Source of the DNA: Clostridia bacterium
Lineage (GTDB): Bacteria; Bacillota; Clostridia; UBA1212; UBA1255
DNA: 64,000 bases
Assembly: GCA_017517275.1 (NCBI GenBank)
Contig: JAFWZX010000033.1
Coordinates: 3,587 to 67,586, forward strand
Reading direction: 5' to 3'
Positions 17,932-27,409 of the stretch are shown here, piece after piece. The position numbers were made by a program, and so were the translations under genes. The notes under the pieces were generated by a model. That model saw nothing but the letters and a program-made list of their open reading frames with translations. It did not search any database and had not been told where the DNA came from. Each line of letters opens with the position of its first letter. The first letter of the stretch is position 1.

Positions 17932-19604
17932 ATAAATTTTTGCGACTTTTTAAATTCAAACTGTATAATCGGATAGGCCTTGGCGGAATAAAATCTGCCT
18001 TTGCATCTCCCGGACTGAGAATAAAGGCAACGGCAATATTTTTATCTGTATTAATTATTCTTTGCATTTTTGTTATATTTCTTATATTTACGATGAGTAT
18101 GATGTATAAATCTTTTGTTCAATCAGGTGGCAAAGATTTGTATTTGAATTTTATATTTATATTTGCTCAGCTCATCGGCTTCTTTACCTTGATAATTTCC
18201 TCGTTCAACTCTATGTTCAATAGTAAGGAACACGATATTTTAAGTTCTTTGCCGGTGAAAAGAGAACACATATTTATGACTTCATACGTTGAATTATACG
18301 TAAGCTTTCTTGTTAGTATGTTGATGATTGTATTACCGGGGCTTGGTGTTTATCAATATTATGAAGGGTTCAGCCTTACGTTTACTTTGCGGGCTTTGCC
18401 GGGGTATATATTATTTCCCGCGTTGCCTGCTACTGTCGTTACGTTTGTAATGTTTGCAGTGATGATTGTTGCCGGCCGATTCAAACATACGGAGCTTATA
18501 TCTACGTTATCAGGCGTGGCTCTTATTGTGGCATGTTTTATTTTGTATCTGTCTTTATCTACGGGGGGCTCAAGCTACAAACAGGATGATCTGGCCCAGT
18601 CTCTTATAGGCAACAGCGATTTGATTGAAATTCTGAGCAAATGCATGATTAACGTTTTTGCTTTTAAAATGTTGCTCGGCTCTGTCTACGAGTTTCTTAT
18701 AGGTGCAATCATATTGATTGTTATCTTTGCGACAACATGTTTTATTACATATTTTGCCGGCGGATGTTTATATGAGAAGGTGATGAGACTTCTAAGCTCA
18801 AGTGCCGGCGGCAGGTGGACAAAGACAGGCCGTTACAGGAAGTCTTCCGTGCAAAGAGCTTTAATACGAAAAGAATTTAAACTGTTGTTAAGGTCGCCTA
18901 CCTACGTTATGAATTGTATTATAAACGTGATCTTAGGCCCACTGATGATGTTGATATTCGGTATTCGAAGCTATAACAAGGAAGCCGCTGTGGGTGAGGA
19001 TATTTTCAGCCGTATCACCGTCTTGTTAAAAAATAATATGAATGCAGATTACGTAATCTGCGGCTTGATTACTGCACTTACGATTGCTGTTACGGCTTTT
19101 GGCATGGTAGCTTCCACCTGCGTATCGAGAGAAGGCAGTAATTTCACCGTTATGCAGACAATTCCTGTATCTTACAAGGACCAAATCAAGGCAAAACTTA
19201 CTTCTGCCTTGATTATAAATCTTGTTTGTGTTATAACTACCATGGGCGTTGGCGGAGTATTATTTGGTATTAACTTTCTGCCTGTTTTGCTTGGCATCAT
19301 AATATGCATAATTGCATCCTTGTCATTTAATTATATAGGCGCATTTATAGATGTTATGAGGCCCAAAATATATTGGGATAAGGAATCTCAGGCCGTTAAA
19401 CAAAATGCTAACGGAATGATTTCCTTGCTTTTGTGTATTGTTTTAATGATATTATATGCATTGCCCTTCGCTTTGTACGTAGTGGGTATTATAGATAGTA
19501 TCGTGTTTGTTGTTGTTCTGACGATGATTATGGAAGTTATATCTCTTATACTCACCAGGATGATGCTGTTTAGATTGATTAATAACAAGGAGATTTACAG
19601 ATGA
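17928..19604 (+). CDS. Polytopic membrane protein, putative ABC exporter permease
   Basis: 558 aa with at least 10 hydrophobic segments. The GTG start overlaps the ATPase stop (GTGA). Confidence 0.65.
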   Translation: MNKFLRLFKFKLYNRIGLGGIKSAFASPGLRIKATAIFLSVLIILCIFVIFLIFTMSMMYKSFVQSGGKDLYLNFIFIFAQLIGFFTLIISSFNSMFNSKEHDILSSLPVKREHIFMTSYVELYVSFLVSMLMIVLPGLGVYQYYEGFSLTFTLRALPGYILFPALPATVVTFVMFAVMIVAGRFKHTELISTLSGVALIVACFILYLSLSTGGSSYKQDDLAQSLIGNSDLIEILSKCMINVFAFKMLLGSVYEFLIGAIILIVIFATTCFITYFAGGCLYEKVMRLLSSSAGGRWTKTGRYRKSSVQRALIRKEFKLLLRSPTYVMNCIINVILGPLMMLIFGIRSYNKEAAVGEDIFSRITVLLKNNMNADYVICGLITALTIAVTAFGMVASTCVSREGSNFTVMQTIPVSYKDQIKAKLTSALIINLVCVITTMGVGGVLFGINFLPVLLGIIICIIASLSFNYIGAFIDVMRPKIYWDKESQAVKQNANGMISLLLCIVLMILYALPFALYVVGIIDSIVFVVVLTMIMEVISLILTRMMLFRLINNKEIYR

Positions 19605-21883
19605 TAGAAAAAATTAATTGCGGAGTATTTCTTGTAAACGGCGAGCTTATTGCAGATCCCTGCGATCCGCGTGTTGCCGGCAAAGATGTTAAAGAAGCGG
19701 CAAAAGGTACTATTGCGGCCGGAATTCTCTGTGATCATATGCAGGAAACGTCTTACGAAGCTCAACGTTTTCATATTAAATTTGATGCAATGGCATCTCA
19801 TGATATTACATACGTAGGTATAATACAAACGGCAAGAGCCAGCGGACTTACGGAATTTCCGGTTCCGTACGTACTGACAAATTGCCATAATTCACTTTGT
19901 GCGGTAGGTGGCACAATTAATGAAGATGACCATGTCTTTGGATTATCTGCAGCAAAGAAATACGGAGGTATTTATGTTCCGCCTCATCAGGCTGTAATTC
20001 ATCAGTATATGCGTGAGATGATGGCAGCACCCGGTAAAATGATAATTGGTTCAGATAGCCACACGCGGTACGGCGCGTTAGGTACTATGGCTGTAGGCGA
20101 GGGCGGTCCTGAACTTGCAAAGCAGCTTTTGAATAAGACTTATGAGATTAAGAAGCCGGAAGTTGTATGTGTTTATCTTAAAGGTAAGGTTCGTCCCGGT
20201 GTTGGACCTCAGGACGTTGCTTTGGCAATTATCAAAGAAGTATATGATTGTGATTTTGTATATAACAAGGTTATGGAATTCCAGGGTCCGGGCATCGACG
20301 GTTTATCAGTTGATTTCAGAAACGGTATTGACGTTATGACAACGGAGACACGTTGCCTTAGCTCTATATGGAGAACTGACTCCAAGGTGGAGGAATATTT
20401 CAGAATTCACCAAAGAAGTGAAGAATATAGGGAGCTTAATCCTGCTGAAGTGGCATATTATGACAGCGCCTTGATTGTTGACCTTGACAAGATTGAATCA
20501 ATGATTGCTATGCCTTTCCACCCGAGACACGCATATAAAGTCAGTGAATTTATAGAAAATGCTCGGGATATACTTGATATAACACAAAAAAGGGCTATTG
20601 ATATTTACGGTAAAAAAATTGCTGCATACACGCTTACCGATAAGTTCTATGACGGTAAAATGCACGTAGATCAGGGAGTTATTGCCGGTTGTTCCGGAGG
20701 AACTTTCGAGAATCTGTGTCGTGCGTATGAATATATTACCGGAAAATCAACAGGAAACGGTGCTTTTAATCTGAGTCTGTATCCGTCAAGTCAACCTGTT
20801 TTCATGCAGCTTGTAAAAAATGGCATGATCGAAGAATTCTTAAGATGCGGTGCGATTGTAAGATCTGCCTTCTGTGGCCCGTGCTTTGGTGCAGGAGATG
20901 TGCCTTCTAATAACGGATTCAGTATCAGGCACACTACCCGTAACTTTGAAAACAGAGAAGGCTCACGCCCTGCAGACGGACAGATCTCATGGGTTGCTCT
21001 TATGGATGCCCGTTCTATTGCGGCTACAGCTGCAAACCACGGCGTACTTACGTCAGCAAGCGATTATATTGCTTCAACTGGCATTGAAGAGAAGGCTTAT
21101 ACGTACGCATTTGACAAGGAAGTATACGATAGACGCGTGTATAACGGGTATTCTAAACCGCAAAAAGATGCTGCTCTTCAATACGGTCCCAATATTGCTG
21201 ACTGGCCGAAACAACAAAGACTTCACCAGAACATCCTTCTTGAAGTTGCGTGTGTTATTAATGATCCTGTAACTACGACGGATGAACTGATTCCCAGCGG
21301 AGAGACATCCTCTTATAGGTCGAACCCCATAAAGCTTGCTGAATTTACGTTATCACGCAAGGATCCGGAATACGTAGGACGTGCAAAGAATATTAAAAAG
21401 GCTGAAACAGAGAGATTGGAATACGTAAGCGGCGCAGAAGCTAAGGAAAATCTCAAAAAGGCTTTTGAAGGCATAGATGACATAGTTAAATTAGCTTATA
21501 CAACGCAAATCGGAAGTGTTGTAGTCGCAACGTCTCCCGGAGACGGTTCTGCCAGAGAACAGGCTGCTTCTTGCCAGAAGGTCTTAGGAGGTCTTGCAAA
21601 TATTGCCGTTATGTACGGTACGAAGCGATATCGCAGTAACCTTATCAACTGGGGCTGTCTGCCATTTACTGTAAACAGTATCCAAGAACTGAATTTACAT
21701 AACGGGGACAGGATTTTTATTAAGGATATTAAGGATGCTGTTGCTAATTTGGAAAGAAATATAACTGCGACAGTTTACAGAACTAACGGCAGCATTGATG
21801 AGTGTCAATTAACACTGGCAGATATTTCCAAAGATGAGGCTGATATTCTCCTAGCCGGTTGTTTGATAAATTATTACAATTGA
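19601..21883 (+). CDS. Aconitase-family hydratase (aconitate hydratase-like)
   Basis: 760 aa with GSDSHT, IAGCSGGTFEN and CGPCFGAGD (three Fe-S Cys-ligand regions), plus a swivel-domain SPGDGSAREQAA. The ATG overlaps the permease stop (ATGA). RBS AAGGAGA. Confidence 0.8.
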   Translation: MIEKINCGVFLVNGELIADPCDPRVAGKDVKEAAKGTIAAGILCDHMQETSYEAQRFHIKFDAMASHDITYVGIIQTARASGLTEFPVPYVLTNCHNSLCAVGGTINEDDHVFGLSAAKKYGGIYVPPHQAVIHQYMREMMAAPGKMIIGSDSHTRYGALGTMAVGEGGPELAKQLLNKTYEIKKPEVVCVYLKGKVRPGVGPQDVALAIIKEVYDCDFVYNKVMEFQGPGIDGLSVDFRNGIDVMTTETRCLSSIWRTDSKVEEYFRIHQRSEEYRELNPAEVAYYDSALIVDLDKIESMIAMPFHPRHAYKVSEFIENARDILDITQKRAIDIYGKKIAAYTLTDKFYDGKMHVDQGVIAGCSGGTFENLCRAYEYITGKSTGNGAFNLSLYPSSQPVFMQLVKNGMIEEFLRCGAIVRSAFCGPCFGAGDVPSNNGFSIRHTTRNFENREGSRPADGQISWVALMDARSIAATAANHGVLTSASDYIASTGIEEKAYTYAFDKEVYDRRVYNGYSKPQKDAALQYGPNIADWPKQQRLHQNILLEVACVINDPVTTTDELIPSGETSSYRSNPIKLAEFTLSRKDPEYVGRAKNIKKAETERLEYVSGAEAKENLKKAFEGIDDIVKLAYTTQIGSVVVATSPGDGSAREQAASCQKVLGGLANIAVMYGTKRYRSNLINWGCLPFTVNSIQELNLHNGDRIFIKDIKDAVANLERNITATVYRTNGSIDECQLTLADISKDEADILLAGCLINYYN

Positions 21884-21893
21884 GAGGCTTATC

Positions 21894-22490
21894 GTGAAAA
21901 AGAGAATTTTAACTTTTATATTATTATGTTTGATTGGAGTGTTGTTTATTATGAGTACAGGTTGCAAAGCTTATCATCCGGTAGCAACTATCGTTGTAGA
22001 GAATTTTGGCACAATTGTAGTAGAGTTGTATGATGACGTAGCTCCCAATACAGTTGCAAACTTTGTGTCTCTTGCACAAAAAGGATATTATAACGGACTT
22101 ATTTTCCATAGAGTTATAGAAGATTTTATGATTCAGGGCGGATGTCCTCAAGGAACCGGTATGGGTGGCCCCGGATATACAATAGATGGAGAATTTTCAT
22201 CAAATGGATTTGATAACGATCTTAAGCATACTGTAGGTGTTATTTCAATGGCACGCTCGGGCCTTCCTAACAGTGCCGGATCACAGTTCTTTATTTGCAG
22301 TGCTGACTGCTCTTGGCTTGACGGAGACTATGCTGCATTTGGAAAAGTAATCGAAGGCCTTGACGTTGTTATGGCTATTAACAGTGTAGAAACAAACAGT
22401 AGAGATATGCCTGTGGAGAGAGTTGTTATTAAGAGTATAACAATCGATACAAAGGGTGGAGACTTCTCTGATGTCAAGAAAAATAAGTAA
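21894..22490 (+). CDS. Cyclophilin-type peptidyl-prolyl cis-trans isomerase, lipoprotein
   Basis: Lipobox MSTGC-K, then FHRVIEDFMIQGG and SAGSQFFI motifs. GTG start behind GAGAGG. Confidence 0.85.
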   Translation: MKKRILTFILLCLIGVLFIMSTGCKAYHPVATIVVENFGTIVVELYDDVAPNTVANFVSLAQKGYYNGLIFHRVIEDFMIQGGCPQGTGMGGPGYTIDGEFSSNGFDNDLKHTVGVISMARSGLPNSAGSQFFICSADCSWLDGDYAAFGKVIEGLDVVMAINSVETNSRDMPVERVVIKSITIDTKGGDFSDVKKNK

Positions 22491-25074
22491 TATTATTGCT
22501 TCACGGAAGGCAAAAAGAGCAGAAAAAAAAGCTCAGAAGGTTAGAATCCCTTTAAAAACCAAATGGATGAATTTGGTAACTGATTTTCACGAAGACATTA
22601 AAGATATGGCTTGCGGTGATGCGAAAGCATTTGTGAAATGGGTTGCCATATATCTTTTATTAGCTTTTTTATCTGTTGTAATGACGGAAACCAGTAGTTC
22701 TTGGGAAATGAGTAATTTCCCTGAAAACTTTCTGTTAGTCCTTCTTAGAGTTGTAATGATGTTTGTTTTCACAGTACCTGTGCTTCACACAAAAAGAAGC
22801 AAGATGTACTCTGCAATTTTACTTGGCTTATGGTTTACGTGGATGTCGATAACCTGCGGTCGATTGATAATAGGATTGGCTGTTCTTACAATGGCCATCG
22901 CCGTTGCTGTTGCAATGTATTATTTTGGTGACAGGGAAAAACCTTCTAAACACGTGGCATTATATAATAACATGGCATTTGTATTAGGAATAATGCTTGT
23001 TACGGTTTTCATAAGCCAGATGTTCCAGACAAGAAGCATTACAAAACCATTTTCGCTGTTTTTTATGAATCCGGATATATTGGCTGTTAACCTTACGTAC
23101 ATGGTATGTATCGGGTTTTTTGTATTTTTCTTCAGAAGACCAAAATCCATGGCTGTTTTCTACTCCTTGCTGTGGATTGCATTATCGTTTGTAAGCTACG
23201 TAAAATACACAAGCCTCTGGCAACCCGTTGTATTATTAGACGTATATCAGCTGTCCGATGCTTTAGTTGCGATGTTTGCGTATTATAAATTACCGGCTAT
23301 TATCGGGGTTGTTGTTGCTTTTATCGGATTGATTGTCTTGATTATTGCATTGTCGCGTCTGGAAAAACCTGTAAAGTTCTCACTTACAAGGGTTGTGGGA
23401 TCGTTAGTTCTTTGTATTACGTGTGTATTTGGCCTTAGTGCCGTGACGACGTTAGATGCGTTTAAGCTAAACGATAGAGAGCTTAGTGAGACGTATAATA
23501 ATAAGGGTTTTATTTATAGCTTTATATCATATGCCTTCTCCTCAAACGTAAGCGCACCGGAAGGATATGAATCTACTGATTTTAACACCTTTATTGACAA
23601 GATTGAAAGCGAATATGTGTCTGCGCAAGATAGGCTGGGGTTTGATTCTTCTGTTTTTGATGAAGTAGACAACGTTATTGCTATACAGGTAGAATCTTTT
23701 GTGGATCCGTATCTGCTGTCTGCCATGGGAGCAGAGGCATATGAAAAGGATCCTATCCCGTTTATAAGATATTTGTGTGAAAATTACAATTCAGGCACTG
23801 TAGAAGTACCTGTTTTTGGCGGAAGCACAGTTAAAAGTGAATTTGAATTTATAACGGGACTTAATATGGATTACGTTCCTGTGGGATATAATCCATATAC
23901 AAAGCAAATTTTGAAAACATCTACAGACAGCATTACCAGATTTTTCAAGAATAACGGGTATTCTGTTACAGCCATGCATAACTACAGAGGTGAATTTTTT
24001 AACAGAGACAAAGTGTATGAGAATTTGGGCTTTGACAGATATATACCTATGGAATTAATGTCGGGAGTTCAAAAAAAACCCGGTACTATTTGGGCAAATG
24101 ATTCTATATTATTAGAACAACTTGATTTGATACTGAATAAAGATGAAAATGACAAGAATTTTGTTTTTACAGTTACAGTACAGCTTCACGGTAATTATTT
24201 TCCTATAGACAAAGACGACTATACAATGGAAATATATGATACTTTCCCCGGGGCAACGGGAGAAGATGTTGTGGGTTCTGTTGCATATTACGTAAGTCAG
24301 GCGCAGGAAGTGGACAAGTTTATTTCTGAGCTTATTGCGTATCTGGATTCAAGAGAAAATGAAAAATCATTTGTTGTTTTTTATTCGGATCATATGCCTA
24401 CTCTTTATGCAGACATTCACGGCGAGGAAAGCTACGTAACTCAGTTTTTCACGTGGGATAATCTGGGCTTACAAAAAAAAGAAGATAAAAAACTTCAGCT
24501 ATACGAATTGTCAACATACGTTTTTGATTTATTGCAGGTAGACGGCATTGTTACACATAAGCTTCAACAGAATTATTCGTATTTGAAGGAATGGGAAATG
24601 ACACTTGCGGATATGGAGGAACAAGGCCTTACGCAATCAGCAGAATATAAAGAGCTTCTTTCTGAATATGAAAAGAAAAGCGATGAATATGAGCACAAAT
24701 ATAGATTGTTGCAATATTTCAAATTATACGATGAACATAAACGAGGATATTTAGTGAATAATCCTGATTACGAGATTGGACTGTTACCTTTTTATATTGA
24801 AAGTATTACGCCGAGCACATTACAAGATGGTGTATATACAATTACAGGTGATGGTTTTACATCTGATACGTTTATAACAATCAATGATATGAGATATTCA
24901 CTTGTGTACGTAGACAGATATACTATGACGTTTAATACAAACGAGCTTAAGTTTACTATTGATAAATCTGACAAGGTTAAATTGCAAATAGTTGGTGCAC
25001 AAAACATTAATACATCTAAAGAAACTGTTCTGAAGGAAACGGATATTTATGAATGGGGCAAGATATATAGTTGA
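22471..25074 (+). CDS. LTA-synthase/sulfatase-family membrane protein with C-terminal IPT/TIG-like domain
   Basis: Long polytopic N-terminal region, then a sulfatase-type ectodomain (IQVESFVDPY, VFYSDHMP). The ATG at 22471 lies behind GGTGGAG and overlaps the PPIase 3' end. Confidence 0.7.
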   Translation: MSRKISNIIASRKAKRAEKKAQKVRIPLKTKWMNLVTDFHEDIKDMACGDAKAFVKWVAIYLLLAFLSVVMTETSSSWEMSNFPENFLLVLLRVVMMFVFTVPVLHTKRSKMYSAILLGLWFTWMSITCGRLIIGLAVLTMAIAVAVAMYYFGDREKPSKHVALYNNMAFVLGIMLVTVFISQMFQTRSITKPFSLFFMNPDILAVNLTYMVCIGFFVFFFRRPKSMAVFYSLLWIALSFVSYVKYTSLWQPVVLLDVYQLSDALVAMFAYYKLPAIIGVVVAFIGLIVLIIALSRLEKPVKFSLTRVVGSLVLCITCVFGLSAVTTLDAFKLNDRELSETYNNKGFIYSFISYAFSSNVSAPEGYESTDFNTFIDKIESEYVSAQDRLGFDSSVFDEVDNVIAIQVESFVDPYLLSAMGAEAYEKDPIPFIRYLCENYNSGTVEVPVFGGSTVKSEFEFITGLNMDYVPVGYNPYTKQILKTSTDSITRFFKNNGYSVTAMHNYRGEFFNRDKVYENLGFDRYIPMELMSGVQKKPGTIWANDSILLEQLDLILNKDENDKNFVFTVTVQLHGNYFPIDKDDYTMEIYDTFPGATGEDVVGSVAYYVSQAQEVDKFISELIAYLDSRENEKSFVVFYSDHMPTLYADIHGEESYVTQFFTWDNLGLQKKEDKKLQLYELSTYVFDLLQVDGIVTHKLQQNYSYLKEWEMTLADMEEQGLTQSAEYKELLSEYEKKSDEYEHKYRLLQYFKLYDEHKRGYLVNNPDYEIGLLPFYIESITPSTLQDGVYTITGDGFTSDTFITINDMRYSLVYVDRYTMTFNTNELKFTIDKSDKVKLQIVGAQNINTSKETVLKETDIYEWGKIYS

Positions 25075-26686
25075 TATTCTGTGTGAAAATGGAGTTGACG
25101 TGGTGTTTGGATATCCGGGTGCTACCGTACTGTCTATTTACGATGAATTACATAAAAATAAAAAAAGAATAAGACATATAAGAACGGCTCACGAGCAAGG
25201 AGCTGCTCATGCGGCTGATGCATACGCAAGGGCATCAGGAAAGACAGGAGTTGTTATTGCAACATCAGGTCCCGGCGCTACAAATCTTGTAACAGGAATT
25301 GCTAACGCTTATATGGATTCTGTGCCTATGGTAGTCATAACCGGCAACGTAGACCAACATCTTATCGGCACAGACAGCTTCCAAGAAGTGGATATTGTAG
25401 GTATTACAATGTCTGTGACCAAGTATAATTGTGTTGTTCATAGTATTGATGAATTAGGACATAGTCTTCGAAATGCATTTATTATAGCTCAAAGTGGCCG
25501 TAAAGGTCCTGTGTTGGTGGACGTGCCGAGGGACGTTTTAGAGTCTTGTTTGTCTTTAAAAAGTATTAAGAAAATGGAGGCGGAGTTCGATTATTATCAT
25601 CCGCCGGAGAGTCGGGAAGATTGTTGCGAGCATGAGTTAGACAGGGCTGTTCAAATGCTGACAGAGAGCCGGAATCCGGTTATTCTCGTAGGAGGTGGAG
25701 TAAAAGCCCATAGGACTTCTCATGTAACTGATGATATAAAACAATTGGCGAAAATTCTGGATTGCGCGATTTGCTCTTCCTTGATGGCAGTAGATTCTAT
25801 TGAATATGACTATCCGTATTACGCAGGTTTCTGCGGAATATCAGGAAACGAGGCGGCAAATCGTGCTCTCGATGAGGCCGATTTGATTATTGCAATCGGC
25901 ACAAGATTCAGCAATAGGATGATAAAGTCACGGTCTGAGCAGGAGGTTCTTCATTCCGGATACACTAAGGTGCTTCACATAGACAGAGATCGTGCAGAAA
26001 TAAATAAAGTTATAGCTTCTGATTGTTTCTTGGTTGGAGATGCCGAGCAGATTCTACCGGCGTTAATCGCACGCTACAGGGAGAAGATGGAGGCAGAAGA
26101 TATAACTTCTGGTGTTGCTGTGCCTGCTATTACATATAATATGTACAAACGAGATGAGATTCTGACAGCTCTTAGTGAAAAGGTTGGTACTGATGCTTAT
26201 ATAGTTACAGATGTTGGAAATCATCAAATGTGGATCGCTCGTAATTATCCTTTTATGCAATCAGGTCGCTTTATAACAAGTGGTGGACTTGGAACGATGG
26301 GATTTGGTCTTGGCGCCGCTATAGGGACTGTAACACATGCCAAAGATAAACCGGTAGTTCTCATTATAGGTGACGGAGGATTTACTATGAGTTGCCACGA
26401 ACTGGCCACGATTAAAGCCTATAATTTGCCTGTTTTAGTCATAATGGTAAACAATGGGAAATTAGGCATGGTTTACGATTTACAGGCGCAAAAGTGCCGT
26501 GGACGCTTTTCACAAACAGTTGTGAAAAGAAAACCCCTGTATTGCAACTTGGCAAGAAGCTTTGGAATGAAAGCATATAAAGCAACTTGCCTGGAAACTT
26601 TTAACAAAGCAGTACAACAGTATATGGACACGAAAAAAGCAACGTTTATAGACTTGTGTATGGATATTTATGGGAGGAATGAATAA
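25049..26686 (+). CDS. ilvB: Acetolactate synthase large (catalytic) subunit
   Basis: ThDP-enzyme N-terminus GARYIVDILCENGVDVVFGYPG, GPGATNLVTGIA, and ThDP-binding IGDGGFTM...NN. It overlaps the upstream gene by 26 nt. Confidence 0.85.
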   Translation: MNGARYIVDILCENGVDVVFGYPGATVLSIYDELHKNKKRIRHIRTAHEQGAAHAADAYARASGKTGVVIATSGPGATNLVTGIANAYMDSVPMVVITGNVDQHLIGTDSFQEVDIVGITMSVTKYNCVVHSIDELGHSLRNAFIIAQSGRKGPVLVDVPRDVLESCLSLKSIKKMEAEFDYYHPPESREDCCEHELDRAVQMLTESRNPVILVGGGVKAHRTSHVTDDIKQLAKILDCAICSSLMAVDSIEYDYPYYAGFCGISGNEAANRALDEADLIIAIGTRFSNRMIKSRSEQEVLHSGYTKVLHIDRDRAEINKVIASDCFLVGDAEQILPALIARYREKMEAEDITSGVAVPAITYNMYKRDEILTALSEKVGTDAYIVTDVGNHQMWIARNYPFMQSGRFITSGGLGTMGFGLGAAIGTVTHAKDKPVVLIIGDGGFTMSCHELATIKAYNLPVLVIMVNNGKLGMVYDLQAQKCRGRFSQTVVKRKPLYCNLARSFGMKAYKATCLETFNKAVQQYMDTKKATFIDLCMDIYGRNE

Positions 26687-27177
26687 TGATAAAAACTATT
26701 TCAATTCTTGTTGAGAATAAAGCAGGCATGCTCGTCAGAGTAACAAATCTATTTAGTCGCAGGGGATATAATATAGAAAGTCTTGCCGTTGGAATAACAG
26801 AAAAATCCGAAATATCACGTATTACTGTTATCGTTGATACTGATGAGAGAATACTTGATCAGATAGTTCACCAGCTTATGAAGTTGGTCGGCGTGATTAA
26901 GGTAAAGGTACTTGATGACGATGCTATAATTACAAGAGAACTTGTTTTAATTAAGGTAAAAGCTGATTCGACATGCAGAAACGAGATTATTCAGATTGCA
27001 GAGATTTTCAGAGCGAGAATAATAGACCTGTGTCCTGATTCTCTGACGATTGAACTTACCGGTCAATATGACAAGACTAACGCACTTTTAAGCATGATTG
27101 AAAAATTTGGTATTATTGAGGTTGCCAGAACAGGTAAGGTGTCTCTTAGCCGCGGCACGGATTCAATTAACACATAA
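26686..27177 (+). CDS. ilvN: Acetolactate synthase small (regulatory) subunit
   Basis: ACT-domain N-terminus ISILVENKAGMLVRVTNLFSRRGYNIESL. The ATG overlaps the ilvB stop (TAATG). Confidence 0.85.
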   Translation: MIKTISILVENKAGMLVRVTNLFSRRGYNIESLAVGITEKSEISRITVIVDTDERILDQIVHQLMKLVGVIKVKVLDDDAIITRELVLIKVKADSTCRNEIIQIAEIFRARIIDLCPDSLTIELTGQYDKTNALLSMIEKFGIIEVARTGKVSLSRGTDSINT

Positions 27178-27269
27178 CATTGTATTATGCCATAAAAAAA
27201 ACAAAAATTTGTATTATATTTCATAGCGAGCACAGCGAATAGCTGAAAATGCTCTCTCCCTCAATGTAA

Positions 27270-27301
27270 GCTGCGCATACATACGTGCGCAGCGTTTTTT
27301 T
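27270..27301 (+). terminator. Intrinsic terminator after ilvBN
   Basis: GCTGCGCA-8 nt loop-TGCGCAGC followed by GTTTTTTT. Confidence 0.7.
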
Positions 27302-27338
27302 AGTATTTAAATTACACCATGAAAACACTAAGAAAAAC

Positions 27339-27366
27339 TTGACACTGTCTAAAAGATGTTTAAAAT
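27339..27366 (+). promoter_or_regulatory. Candidate promoter of the 442-aa orphan gene
   Basis: TTGACA (27339-27344), 16 nt spacer, TAAAAT (27361-27366). Confidence 0.4.
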
Positions 27367-27409
27367 GGGAAGAAAATTAAAAAATTAATTAATTGAGGAG
27401 TAACGATAT

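Noticed and set aside
27178-27269. Tiny ORF (MLSPSM) and A-rich stretch between ilvN and its terminator, considered as a leader peptide or sRNA
   Set aside because: It lies downstream of the ilv genes, not upstream. It has no RBS or recognisable structure and is most simply the 3' UTR.
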